Assembly: GCA_041666185.1 (NCBI GenBank) | Contig: JBAYHL010000002.1 | Coordinates: 1,834-65,833 of the forward strand | Source: Patescibacteria group bacterium | Lineage (GTDB): Bacteria > Patescibacteriota > UBA1384 > UBA12157 > JAENIV01 | DNA length: 64,000 bases | Reading direction: 5' to 3' | Shown here: positions 38,613 through 47,810 of the stretch, piece after piece | Position numbering within the stretch: the stretch's first letter is position 1 | Layout: every line of letters begins with the position of its first letter | Notes under the pieces: generated by a model | Told to the model about the DNA's origin: nothing | What the model saw: the letters and a program-made list of their open reading frames with translations, nothing else | The model's database searches: none | Translations under genes and position numbers: made by a program

Positions 38613-38697
38613 ATCTTGGTTAACTATTTAGGTAAAATCAAAAGAACTCATGGAAGAGAAAAGAGATGAGGTTTTAGAAATTATTAGGGTCTAAAAG

Positions 38698-39201
38698 TTA
38701 CTCTAATTGGTTTGTTGGGGGAACTGTAAGCGATGGTGTAGAAGTGCCATTATTGACCTCTAGTCCTTGGCCAAGCTCGCATGAACCTGTGCTTGACTCA
38801 TTTGTATTAAATGGAGTTACACAAAATAATTTACCAGATGATGGTAGTTTGGCATAACCGACAAAATTATCTTTTGTAACAGTCTGAAATATTAATTCAG
38901 AATTGTTTTGTTTAATTGAGTTTTTGATATCAACAATTTGAGGATCTTTTTCAAGCCCGACAAATGTTTGATTAGTGTCATGGTAAACTGCCGCGGCTGC
39001 TTCAATGGATGTTACTTGGCTTTTAATTACCGCGTCTTTAGCTTTATCGCGAGCGCCACCAGTACTTTTTGTTACCATTACTGCTAAAATCACAACAACT
39101 ATAATTATTGGCACAAGGACGGCCAAAAGAACAATAATAATTAATTTTTTATTGTTAGGTTTTTGTGGTGCTGATTGTTCTGCTTGTGGATTTTGATCCA
39201 T
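38698..39201 (-). CDS. Single-TM pilin-like protein lacking a prepilin cleavage motif (MDQ gene A)
   Basis: Q/P-rich N-tail; TM followed by GARDKAKDAVIKS, a type IV pilin alpha1-like helix; C-terminal Cys pair; AAGGAGG SD. Confidence 0.7.
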   Translation of the reverse strand: MDQNPQAEQSAPQKPNNKKLIIIVLLAVLVPIIIVVVILAVMVTKSTGGARDKAKDAVIKSQVTSIEAAAAVYHDTNQTFVGLEKDPQIVDIKNSIKQNNSELIFQTVTKDNFVGYAKLPSSGKLFCVTPFNTNESSTGSCELGQGLEVNNGTSTPSLTVPPTNQLE

Positions 39202-39227
39202 TATTCCTCCTTATATTTTTTTATATC

Positions 39228-39380
39228 CTAATTAGCAGTCATGAGTAGCATAGCTAAAAATCCAAAAGTCATTAAGAATAAGATTATTACAACAATTGCG
39301 ATAATGCCGTAGATTTTATTAGGGTTTTTCCGTTGGTTGGTTTGTTGTGTTTGAGATGTTACTTGTTGATTTTGATCCAT
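39228..39380 (-). CDS. 50-aa single-TM protein (MDQ gene B), absent from the ORF track
   Basis: Manual translation MDQNQQVTSQTQQTNQRKNPNKIYGIIAIVVIILFLMTFGFLAMLLMTAN*; AAGGAGG SD; start module shared with its neighbours. Confidence 0.75.
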   Translation of the reverse strand: MDQNQQVTSQTQQTNQRKNPNKIYGIIAIVVIILFLMTFGFLAMLLMTAN

Positions 39381-39399
39381 TGTTCCTCCTTGTACATTT

Positions 39400-39444
39400 T
39401 TATATAATTAGTCCAATTTTTTCTTTAATTTCTTGGATTGTTTT
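39400..39444 (-). repeat. Diverged duplicate of the last 45 nt of trpS
   Basis: 37/45 identical to 40632-40676; encodes KTIQEIKEKIGLII* versus KTIQEVKERMGLVI*. Confidence 0.9.
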
Positions 39445-39452
39445 TTTATGAT

Positions 39453-40025
39453 CTAATTTTTCATCCAAATTCTTAAAGCGTTAGAAGGGTTAAATCCTTC
39501 ATATTCTATCTGCACAACTTTATTATTTGTTAAATTGGTTTGTTTTGTACCATCAGTGATGACAGTTGCAGGACTAATCTTGAAGGTAACAATTTGTCCA
39601 GAACCTTCTTCCAGTATTGTTACGTCGGAAGAGGAAAATGTTTGTAGTATTCCAGACGATTTGGTTGGAGTAAAACCAGTTTGTTTTTGATAATCGGTGA
39701 CTGCATTTATGTTATAGGCGTCGCTGCTAGTTGAGCCGCTTGGGCTACTCGATGGTTGGTTGGGTGTTTTTGCAGCGCTTGTATAAACAGTTGGTGCTGT
39801 TGATGGCTGAGCATTTTTTCGACTAGATCCCATAATAGCTAATACGCCACCCAATATAATAATCATGAGAGGTATACCAACGAAAAGATAAATCACTATT
39901 CTAAGAACAATCATAAGAGGATCAGTTGATTTCCAAAAAGAAACGTTTTTAGATTGTTGCGGTGTCTTATCTTCTGATGAAGATTGTGTATTGGGTTTTT
40001 GTGGTTGGGGTTGCTTTTGATCCAT
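39453..40025 (-). CDS. Single-TM protein with S/T/P linker and small beta-rich domain (MDQ gene C)
   Basis: AAGGAGG SD; Q/P-rich N-tail; hydrophobic segment; low-complexity linker. Confidence 0.75.
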   Translation of the reverse strand: MDQKQPQPQKPNTQSSSEDKTPQQSKNVSFWKSTDPLMIVLRIVIYLFVGIPLMIIILGGVLAIMGSSRKNAQPSTAPTVYTSAAKTPNQPSSSPSGSTSSDAYNINAVTDYQKQTGFTPTKSSGILQTFSSSDVTILEEGSGQIVTFKISPATVITDGTKQTNLTNNKVVQIEYEGFNPSNALRIWMKN

Positions 40026-40051
40026 TATTCCTCCTTATGATTTTCTATTAA

Positions 40052-40618
40052 TTAAAATAAAAGTAACAAAAAAATAATAATCATTAAAATAGGGATACCA
40101 ATAAACCACACTATTCTTATATCCTTGGTTTGAGGTAATTTTTCTATATAGTTTTCTAATTCAATAGTTGGCAAAACAGAATAGAGATTTTTATTTCCTT
40201 TATACTTAATCATAAAATTATAACGAAATCTATTATGAGAGAGTGTCTTATAAATAGTTGTGTTTTTAAGCAGAAACTCTTTTTCTTCTTCGAGATCTTT
40301 CAACCTGATTCTGTCTGTAAAGAACGTAATTTCTGTAATGATTCTAGTTTTTGGTACTAAATATAAAAAGAAAATTAACATACTTGTGATAAAAAATAAG
40401 AATGGTAAAGAATGAAGATTAGGCCCTTCTATAAAAAAAGCGAAAAATATAGCAATTAGTCCTAGGTACAACATAACCATAGACAATTTGCGTCCTTGCG
40501 AAGTAGATCCCCAAAAATGACGGCTAGATTTTTGAATTTGAGTCATTTTGTCAGGTTCCAGTAAGCCAGACAAACCAGTAACATATTTTTTACCGACAAT
40601 ATTTTCTTGATTATCCAT
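40052..40618 (-). CDS. Hypothetical membrane protein (2+1 TM) immediately downstream of trpS (gene D)
   Basis: 188-aa ORF starting MDNQ, 13 nt after the trpS stop; AT-rich. Confidence 0.65.
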   Translation of the reverse strand: MDNQENIVGKKYVTGLSGLLEPDKMTQIQKSSRHFWGSTSQGRKLSMVMLYLGLIAIFFAFFIEGPNLHSLPFLFFITSMLIFFLYLVPKTRIITEITFFTDRIRLKDLEEEKEFLLKNTTIYKTLSHNRFRYNFMIKYKGNKNLYSVLPTIELENYIEKLPQTKDIRIVWFIGIPILMIIIFLLLLF

Positions 40619-40631
40619 ATTTATTATATTC

Positions 40632-41591
40632 CTATATCACTAATCCCATTCTTTCTTTTACTTCTTGGATTGTTTTGGAAGCTACTGGCCTTAATTTTTC
40701 GGCGCCTTCCTTTAAAATTCTTTTGACTTCTTCGTCGGTGATTTCATTTCGGCGTTTTTGAAATGGCTCAAGTTCTTTAATGATCGCTTCGGCAAGAGCA
40801 GGCTTGAATTCGGAATATTTAATAATACCGGCTTTTCTTTGCTCCATAAAATCTTCAGCTTCTTCTTTGCCAGCAAATTCGCCATAAAGATTGATTAAAT
40901 TTGTTGTCCCATTGGAAATTTCATCTGAGCGGCCATCATCAGTGACAGCACTCATGATTTTTGTTCTAATTGTTTCTGGATCATCAGTTAAAGCGATATA
41001 AGTGTTTGGAGCATCAGATTTCGACATTTTACCACTCCCGGAAAGCGAACCAACTCGTTTTGCTTCGGTCAAGAGTGGTTTTGGCTCGGGGAACATTTGA
41101 CCAAATTTGGTATTGAAACGTCTGGCTAAATCACGTGTTAATTCAACATGTTGAACTTGATCTTCGCCGACTGGTACACCCTCAGCTTTATAAAGTAAAA
41201 TATCAGCGGCCATTAAAACCGGATAATCAAAAAGACCAACTCTTTCCTCGTGTTTTTCTGACTTTTCTTTATATTGAGTCATTCGATTAAGTTCGCCCAT
41301 GGTGGAGATGGTATTAAGCAGCCAAGCCAACTCAGTGTGCTCTTTTATATCTGATTGTAAGAACAAAACAGATTTATTTGGGTTAACGCCTGACGCCAAA
41401 ACGTCTTTAGCGGCAGAAATAATTCTTTGTGACATTTCTTGCTTCGGGTAACTAACAGTAATTGCATGATAATCAACAATACAAAAAATTGCCTCATTTT
41501 CAGCTTGAAGCTTTGCCCAATTTTTCATTGCCCCTAAGTAATTGCCTAAATGAACAACGCCAGATGGTTGAATACCAGAAAATATTTTCAT
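40632..41591 (-). CDS. trpS: Tryptophan--tRNA ligase
   Basis: SGIQPSG..HLGNYLGA, YPVLMAADIL, VPVGEDQ.QH.EL and KMSKS motifs. Confidence 0.98.
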   Translation of the reverse strand: MKIFSGIQPSGVVHLGNYLGAMKNWAKLQAENEAIFCIVDYHAITVSYPKQEMSQRIISAAKDVLASGVNPNKSVLFLQSDIKEHTELAWLLNTISTMGELNRMTQYKEKSEKHEERVGLFDYPVLMAADILLYKAEGVPVGEDQVQHVELTRDLARRFNTKFGQMFPEPKPLLTEAKRVGSLSGSGKMSKSDAPNTYIALTDDPETIRTKIMSAVTDDGRSDEISNGTTNLINLYGEFAGKEEAEDFMEQRKAGIIKYSEFKPALAEAIIKELEPFQKRRNEITDEEVKRILKEGAEKLRPVASKTIQEVKERMGLVI

Positions 41592-41664
41592 AAAAACTCC
41601 TACGTTTATTCTATCAGTATTAAGCTCTTGTTTTCAAGATGAATTGGGTATAAAATAGCAGGCT

Positions 41665-42561
41665 ATGAACAAAATTGAAAAAGCGATCATAAAAACCTTA
41701 GCCTTTTTTGAAATTTTCTCGCGTCCATTAACACTTGAAGAGCTGTGGCATTTTTTGTATAAATGTCAGACAAGTAAACTACAAGTTTTAATGGGATTAA
41801 GAAGCTTACAAAGAAAAAAGATAATTGTTAAGAAAGATTCGTATTTTTTATTTTCGGACAATAAAAAAGCTCTTACGACTTTTTTAAATCAAAAAGATAT
41901 TTGCCAAAAACGTTTTGAGAAAGTTAGAAAAACTGTTAAATTTCTTCGCTATGCTCCATTTGTGAAAAACGTTTCTATAATAAATTCTTTAGCTTTTAAG
42001 GCCTCAAACATTAATTCTGATATTGATATTTTTATTGTTGCGAGTAAAAATCATCTTTGGTCGTGCAGGGCTTTTGTAATAACAATTTTAGAAATTTTGG
42101 GGCAAAATAAAAACAAGTGGTATAAAGCAGATAAATTTTGTTTAGGCTTTGCTGTCGATGAAGAAAAATTAGATTTAGCTGATCTTTGTTTTAAAGATGA
42201 CATTTATTTTACTTATTGGTTAGCAACTTTACATCCCGTATTTGATAGAAAAATTTATCAAAAGTTAATTGCCCAAAACTCTTGGATTTTCAATAGTTTG
42301 CCTAATTGGCAAGCAAAAAATATTTCAATCACAAAAGAGAAAAAAACGAAATTAGAGAAAATTCTTTCCGGGAATTTTGGTAAACGTTTGGAAGAATTTT
42401 TAAGTAATTTACAAATAAAAAAGATTCAAAACGAAAAAGAAAACAACCGTCCGGGGGCATCGGTTATTGCTAACTCTCAAATAATGAAATTGCATGCTTA
42501 TGACAAACGCGAATCATATAGAAATCTTTGGCAGGAAAGATTGAAAGAGTTAAAAATATGA
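41665..42561 (+). CDS. Winged-helix plus pol-beta-type nucleotidyltransferase-like protein
   Basis: N-terminal TLAFFEIF.RPLT.EEL; NSLA.....SDIDIFIV ((G/N)S...DxD) motif. Confidence 0.6.
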   Translation: MNKIEKAIIKTLAFFEIFSRPLTLEELWHFLYKCQTSKLQVLMGLRSLQRKKIIVKKDSYFLFSDNKKALTTFLNQKDICQKRFEKVRKTVKFLRYAPFVKNVSIINSLAFKASNINSDIDIFIVASKNHLWSCRAFVITILEILGQNKNKWYKADKFCLGFAVDEEKLDLADLCFKDDIYFTYWLATLHPVFDRKIYQKLIAQNSWIFNSLPNWQAKNISITKEKKTKLEKILSGNFGKRLEEFLSNLQIKKIQNEKENNRPGASVIANSQIMKLHAYDKRESYRNLWQERLKELKI

Positions 42562-42572
42562 TACATTTAGAC

Positions 42573-42602
42573 TTGACAGAATTGGTTTTCTTTGGTTAAA
42601 AT
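42573..42602 (+). promoter_or_regulatory. Sigma70-type promoter of groES-groEL
   Basis: TTGACA-18-TAAAAT. Confidence 0.7.
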
Positions 42603-42713
42603 GATGTGTGGTGGGAGTCGGTTATCCCCCTTCCGGCTTCCATCGCAAAATTTTCGGAGGAGTCCGATTTTTTAATCTATTTATTCATTAATTTAAATTG
42701 TGGAGGTAATTTC

Positions 42714-42998
42714 ATGAAAATTAAACCTTTAGCCGATAGAGTAGTTCTCAAGCCTTTGGAAGAAGAATCAAAGACTAAATCAGGTATTATTATTCCCGAT
42801 ACCGCCAAAGAAAAGTCTCATCGTGGCGAAATTATTGCTGTTGGTGCTGGCAAATACGATGATGGTAAGTTAATTGAATTAACTGTCAAAATTGGTGATA
42901 AAGTTTTATACAAAGAATATTCTGGTGACGAGTTTAAGCTTGATGGTGTTCAAGTAATTATTTTAAAAGAAGAAGATATTATTGCTATCATTGAATGA
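42714..42998 (+). CDS. groES: Co-chaperonin GroES
   Basis: MKIKPLADRV, KTKSGIIIPD.AKEK; GGAGGT SD before ATG 42714. Confidence 0.98.
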   Translation: MKIKPLADRVVLKPLEEESKTKSGIIIPDTAKEKSHRGEIIAVGAGKYDDGKLIELTVKIGDKVLYKEYSGDEFKLDGVQVIILKEEDIIAIIE

Positions 42999-43020
42999 TA
43001 ATTAATAGAAAGGGTTTTTT

Positions 43021-44652
43021 ATGGCTAAGCAAATTAAATATTCTGACCAGGCGAGAGACGGAATTAAAAATGGCATCAATGTTCTAGCTAATTCCGTTAA
43101 GATAACTTTAGGGCCAAAAGGTCGCAATGTTATCTTGGACAAAGGCTTTGGCGCGCCTCACATTACTAATGATGGCGTGACGATTGCCAAGGAAATTGAA
43201 CTTGAAGATAAGTTTGAAAATATGGGTGCTCAACTCATTAAGCAAGTTGCTGAAAAAACTGCTGACATTGCTGGTGATGGGACTACAACGGCAACCATTC
43301 TTACTCAGATTATGGTTAATGAAGGTTTGAGAAATGTTACTGCTGGGGCTGACCCTCTTCGTATTCGAAAAGGAATCGAGAAGGGCGTTGAAGCGGTTGT
43401 GAAGTCTATTCAAACTCAAGCCAAGGACTTGCAAGGCAAAGAAGAAATTGGTCAAGTGGCTTCAATCTCTGCCGCTGACACGGAAGTTGGTAAGCTTATT
43501 GCCGAAGTTATGGATCTTGTTGGTCGCGACGGTGTTATTACTGTTGAAGAATCGCAGACCATGGGATTAGAAAAAGAAGTTGTTGAAGGGATGCAGTTTG
43601 ATCAGGGTTATATTTCACATTATATGATGACTGATGCTAATCGAATGGAAGCGACTTTAGAAAATCCTAATATTTTAATGACTGATAAAAAGATTTCTGC
43701 TATTTCGGAAATAATGCCTCTTTTGGAAAATTTGGCAAGCAGTGGTAAAAAAGACTTAGTGATTATTGCCGAAGATGTAGATGGTGAAGCTTTGGCAACT
43801 TTAATTGTTAATAAGCTTCGTGGCATTATGAACGTTTTAGCGGTTAAAGCGCCTGGTTTTGGCGATACGAGAAAAGCCTATTTGGAAGATATTGCTATTT
43901 TAACCGGTGCGCAAGTCGTCTCTGAAGATCGTGGTATGAAATTGGAAGAAACAACTATAGAAATGCTTGGGTCATCGCGCAAAATTGTTTCCGATAAAGA
44001 TAAGACCACAATTGTAAAAGGTAATGGTAATCAAAAAGCTATTCAGGATCGGGTTAAACAAATTAAGAAAGAAATTGAAAAATCAACCTCGGATTATGAT
44101 AAGAAAAAGCTTGAAGAACGTTTGGCAAAACTTGCTGGTGGCGTAGGGGTGATCAAGGTTGGTGCGGCCACCGAAGTTGAATTAAAAGAGAAAAAAGATA
44201 AAATTGATGATGCTGTTCATGCGACTAAAGCGGCTGTTGAAGAAGGAATTGTCTCTGGCGGTGGGGTTGCCTTAGTTGACTCAATTAAGGCTTTAGATAG
44301 TGTTACTGTTACTGGCGATGAAAAAATTGGTATTCAAATTCTTCGCCGAGCTTTAGAAGAACCAATGCGTCAGATTGCCACCAACGCAGGCAAAGATGGC
44401 TCGGTTGTTATTGAAGAAGTAAAACGACAGGCAAAAGGTATTGGTTATGATGCATTTCGCGATGAATACGTTGACATGATTAAGTCAGGTATTATTGATC
44501 CGGCCAAAGTCACGCGAAGCGCTTTGCAAAATGCAGCTTCGGTTGCTTCTTCAGTTTTGACAACTGAAGTTGCGGTGACTGACTTACCAGAAAAAAATCA
44601 ACCGGCAATGCCTGATATGAGTGGTATGGGTGGCATGCCAGGAATGATGTAA
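43021..44652 (+). CDS. groEL: Chaperonin GroEL
   Basis: [17 protein letters not shown] and a GGM-type tail. Confidence 0.99.
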   Translation: MAKQIKYSDQARDGIKNGINVLANSVKITLGPKGRNVILDKGFGAPHITNDGVTIAKEIELEDKFENMGAQLIKQVAEKTADIAGDGTTTATILTQIMVNEGLRNVTAGADPLRIRKGIEKGVEAVVKSIQTQAKDLQGKEEIGQVASISAADTEVGKLIAEVMDLVGRDGVITVEESQTMGLEKEVVEGMQFDQGYISHYMMTDANRMEATLENPNILMTDKKISAISEIMPLLENLASSGKKDLVIIAEDVDGEALATLIVNKLRGIMNVLAVKAPGFGDTRKAYLEDIAILTGAQVVSEDRGMKLEETTIEMLGSSRKIVSDKDKTTIVKGNGNQKAIQDRVKQIKKEIEKSTSDYDKKKLEERLAKLAGGVGVIKVGAATEVELKEKKDKIDDAVHATKAAVEEGIVSGGGVALVDSIKALDSVTVTGDEKIGIQILRRALEEPMRQIATNAGKDGSVVIEEVKRQAKGIGYDAFRDEYVDMIKSGIIDPAKVTRSALQNAASVASSVLTTEVAVTDLPEKNQPAMPDMSGMGGMPGMM

Positions 44653-44683
44653 CAAGTAAATCAAATACGAAACTAGATATTAA

Positions 44684-44720
44684 AAGAAAAACCCCAAGAG
44701 AGAATCGAGGGGTTTTTCTT
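44684..44720. terminator. Bidirectional terminator
   Basis: aagaaaaacccc...ggggtttttctt between convergent genes. Confidence 0.75.
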
Positions 44721-44722
44721 AA

Positions 44723-45046
44723 TTATTCTAAATTTGGTAATTCAATTTTGCGATTATTAATTATATGACCTTCTGCGCGGAGGATTTTTTCTTTGGCATT
44801 TTGGCCTAAAGCGTAGCCACCGACAAAACCATCTGAACGAATTACTCGATGACAGGGGACGGGAGAAAAGTCTTTGATTGGTAATTGTTTTGAATGATCG
44901 TGAAAATTTTTATTTAAAATAGAACCGACAGCTCTGTAAGCTCGTGGTGAGCCGGCTTTTTTGGCCACTTGAGCATAGGTCATTAATTTTCCTTTGGAAA
45001 TTTTTCCGACGGTTTCTAAAACTTTCCTAGTAAAATCTTTTTTCAT
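44723..45046 (-). CDS. O6-methylguanine-DNA methyltransferase (single C-terminal domain)
   Basis: TYAQVA, RAVG and the active-site PCHRV motif. Confidence 0.88.
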   Translation of the reverse strand: MKKDFTRKVLETVGKISKGKLMTYAQVAKKAGSPRAYRAVGSILNKNFHDHSKQLPIKDFSPVPCHRVIRSDGFVGGYALGQNAKEKILRAEGHIINNRKIELPNLE

Positions 45047-45049
45047 GAT

Positions 45050-45556
45050 TTAGGCAGTCTCGGCCCCCACGATCCCTTTTGGTGGTTCGCCTACATCATC
45101 AATAAAAATAATTTTTTTGTCAATTTTTGAAACTCTGTCAGCGGTAAGTATTTTTGAATTACCAAGGATGTCTTTTAAATAATATTTAGTAACAATTGTA
45201 TTATTGGTATCAATTAAAAAGTTTTCAACAATTCCTAATTTTTGACCTGATTCTGTTTTAGCATTCATACCCAAAAGAATAATTTTTTCATCAAGTAAGT
45301 TTTTAATACGAACAACTTCTGCAGCATCAACTAAATTTTCATCGGAATTAGTTACTAGACCATTAGGGTCCCAATCAGTAATATCAATAATCGAAAGAAC
45401 TTTTTTAGGGCTAAAAACTCCGCCGATTTGAACCATAAGGCCTAAAAGTTGACCATTTTTTGGGTCAACTATAATTTCTCTAACGGTGCCGATTTTAGAT
45501 TGAGTCTCTAAAGAGGCTATGGGCATACCAATTAATTTAGAAGCTTCAATAAACAT
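45050..45556 (-). CDS. Tandem PRC-barrel protein
   Basis: S.LIGMPI...KIG.V..II.DP..G pattern repeated twice; ATG 45556. Confidence 0.8.
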   Translation of the reverse strand: MFIEASKLIGMPIASLETQSKIGTVREIIVDPKNGQLLGLMVQIGGVFSPKKVLSIIDITDWDPNGLVTNSDENLVDAAEVVRIKNLLDEKIILLGMNAKTESGQKLGIVENFLIDTNNTIVTKYYLKDILGNSKILTADRVSKIDKKIIFIDDVGEPPKGIVGAETA

Positions 45557-45659
45557 AAGTAATTTTATCGTATAAAATTGGTAGATAAAATGCAAAGTTT
45601 AAACAATTTTAAGATTTATGCTACATTAATAATATAGGACCAAAAGGGAGGTTTTTTTA

Positions 45660-46445
45660 ATGGATCATGAAAAAAGAAAAGGTTTTACTTTAATTGAGCT
45701 CTTGGTAGTTATCGCTATTATTGGTGTTTTAGCGGCTATGATTTTAATTGCCGTGAGTAACGCGCGTCGCAAAGCTAAAGAGGCCTCTGGCAAGGGGACT
45801 CTTTCGTCAGTTGTGGCTGCCATGACGGAATGTATTCAAGGTGGAGGAGTTGTTAAACCTTCGAAGGCTGATGATTATATTTGTTTCCCGGCCAATACTA
45901 ATACAACAATGGCTAAATATCCTGCTTTTGCCGCCAGTACAGGTTGGCATTATTACAATACAAATCCTTTGGGTAGGGTTATATTTGGTAGTGGCGATTC
46001 GAGTCAAATTATTGCTGGCTGTGACACCCCTGTTTGTGGCCAAGCGACTGTTTGTAGTCGTGTCCAACCAACTGGTCTAACTTTTACATCAGGACCATGT
46101 GTTCCTAATATTAGGGCAGCTTCTTTTGAACCCATTGATTACAATGTGCAACGAAGTGGAGATCAACAATCTTTTGTGGGTTATTTTTTGGGAACAATGC
46201 TACCAAGTAGTGTTTCTTGCAAAGATTCAGCTGGTCAAAGTATAACTCCTGTGCAAGGTACTTTTGGAGAAACACCAACTAGAATATGGACTACATATAC
46301 TTGCACTGTTTCTTGGCCATCAAGTCCAGCAATTACGACAGATGCTTTATTAAGCAATATTAGATACGATCTGGTTACTATGACAGCTAACATATCTAGT
46401 TATCCCGAAGTAAATGCTAGCTGGATTTGGTATGAGAACAATTAA
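45660..46445 (+). CDS. Type IV pilin-like protein with class III signal peptide, Cys-rich
   Basis: KRKG/FTLIELLVVIAIIGVLA, then NARRKAKEA; GGGAGG SD. Confidence 0.92.
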   Translation: MDHEKRKGFTLIELLVVIAIIGVLAAMILIAVSNARRKAKEASGKGTLSSVVAAMTECIQGGGVVKPSKADDYICFPANTNTTMAKYPAFAASTGWHYYNTNPLGRVIFGSGDSSQIIAGCDTPVCGQATVCSRVQPTGLTFTSGPCVPNIRAASFEPIDYNVQRSGDQQSFVGYFLGTMLPSSVSCKDSAGQSITPVQGTFGETPTRIWTTYTCTVSWPSSPAITTDALLSNIRYDLVTMTANISSYPEVNASWIWYENN

Positions 46446-46463
46446 GAGGGTTAATAAATATTT

Positions 46464-47021
46464 TTATCCGCGCTCAACATATTCACCGGTACGAGTATCA
46501 ATGATAATTTTATCACCTTCTTTGATGAAGAGGGGAACATTAATTTGTGCACCTGTTTCCAGTGTCGCGGGTTTTGTTATTGTTGAGGCCGTATTTCCTT
46601 TAAATCCTGGTTCAGTGTAGGTGATTTCCAAGCTTATTTTAATTGGTAGCTGAATATTTAATGGATCGTCTTTAAAATATAAAATATCAATTTCGGCACT
46701 TTCTTTTAGAAAATTTGCCATTTTGCCAAGTTGAGAAGCTTTAATAGGGAATTGCTCGAAATTTTCCAAATTCATGAAATAGAAATTTTCGGCATCTTTG
46801 TAGAGATATTGAGCTTTTCGTGTGTCAAGTTCTGCTTCCTCAATCTTTTCGGCTCCGGCAAAAGTTTTATCTATTACTGCGTCAGAACTCAAATTTTTTA
46901 TTTTTGTTCGCAAAATCCCTCCACCGCGACCAACTTTAGAATGTTCAGTAAAAATTACTTGGTGAGGTTGACCATTATAAATAATTTTTGTACCAATTTT
47001 TAGATCATTTATAGTGTACAT
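46464..47021 (-). CDS. efp: Translation elongation factor P
   Basis: KIGTKI, QYLYKD, PGFKGNTA, KPATLETG, VPLFI and IDTRTGEY motifs. Confidence 0.97.
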   Translation of the reverse strand: MYTINDLKIGTKIIYNGQPHQVIFTEHSKVGRGGGILRTKIKNLSSDAVIDKTFAGAEKIEEAELDTRKAQYLYKDAENFYFMNLENFEQFPIKASQLGKMANFLKESAEIDILYFKDDPLNIQLPIKISLEITYTEPGFKGNTASTITKPATLETGAQINVPLFIKEGDKIIIDTRTGEYVERG

Positions 47022-47061
47022 AATATAAGTAACTTTAGAAATTCAAAAACAATATATGTTT

Positions 47062-47286
47062 TTACCTTTTTACGTATGGTAATAGTGCTAAAAATCGAGC
47101 TCGTTTAATAGCTTCCGCTAATCTTCGTTGATGCTTGGCACAAGTGCCAGTATCGCGAGCAGATTTCATTTTTGCCCAAGGAGTAAGATATTTTATTAAA
47201 GCTCCTGAATCTTTATAATCAATAATATCGATTTTCTTTCGGCAAAAATTACATTGTTTTCTTGATGGACTAAATTTTCTTGGCAT
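47062..47286 (-). CDS. rpsR: 30S ribosomal protein S18 (Zn-binding form)
   Basis: CNFC, IDYKD and TGTCAKHQR.L..AIKRAR.LALLPY motifs. Confidence 0.97.
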   Translation of the reverse strand: MPRKFSPSRKQCNFCRKKIDIIDYKDSGALIKYLTPWAKMKSARDTGTCAKHQRRLAEAIKRARFLALLPYVKR

Positions 47287-47308
47287 TTTACTCCTGTGAT
47301 CTTTCTAT

Positions 47309-47809
47309 TTAAAATGGTATTTCGTCTAAATTTATATCATCGCTGTCCGCTGATGGAATTTCTTCTTTAATTTCTTTTTTTGGCGCTGCTTTCTTAGTTG
47401 GTTTTTCCTCGACTTTGTCTCCAGTAGGAAACTCTTCAACTTCCCCGCCTAATACTGGTGATGAATCAGAAGAACCGCCTTTTGGTGTTAAAAAGATAAA
47501 GTTTTCGGCAACGATTTCTGTGCGATTTCGTTTTCCGCCGTCTTGGCCTTCCCATGAACGAGTCTGCAAACGACCTTCAATATAAACTTTATTACCTTTT
47601 TTTAGGTATTGTGAAGTAATTTCGGCTAATTTTCCCCAAGCAACAATGTTGTGAAACTCTGTTGCTTCTTGGTTTGTGCCGTCATTACCTTTCCATCGAC
47701 GATTAGTCGCGACTGAAAAGGAACAGACTGCTTGACCATTGGGAGTGTAGCGCATCTCTGGATCGCGCGTAACGTTACCAACGATTTGAGCTCGATTTAG
47801 AGAAAACAT
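47309..47809 (-). CDS. ssb: Single-stranded DNA-binding protein
   Basis: GNVTRDPE.RYT, EGRLQTRSW and C-terminal DEIPF. Confidence 0.97.
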   Translation of the reverse strand: MFSLNRAQIVGNVTRDPEMRYTPNGQAVCSFSVATNRRWKGNDGTNQEATEFHNIVAWGKLAEITSQYLKKGNKVYIEGRLQTRSWEGQDGGKRNRTEIVAENFIFLTPKGGSSDSSPVLGGEVEEFPTGDKVEEKPTKKAAPKKEIKEEIPSADSDDINLDEIPF

Positions 47810-47810
47810 A

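Noticed and set aside
42606-42713. 36-aa N-terminal extension of GroES
   Set aside because: A GGAGGT SD precedes ATG 42714, where the canonical MKIKPL begins; the upstream region is a structured leader.
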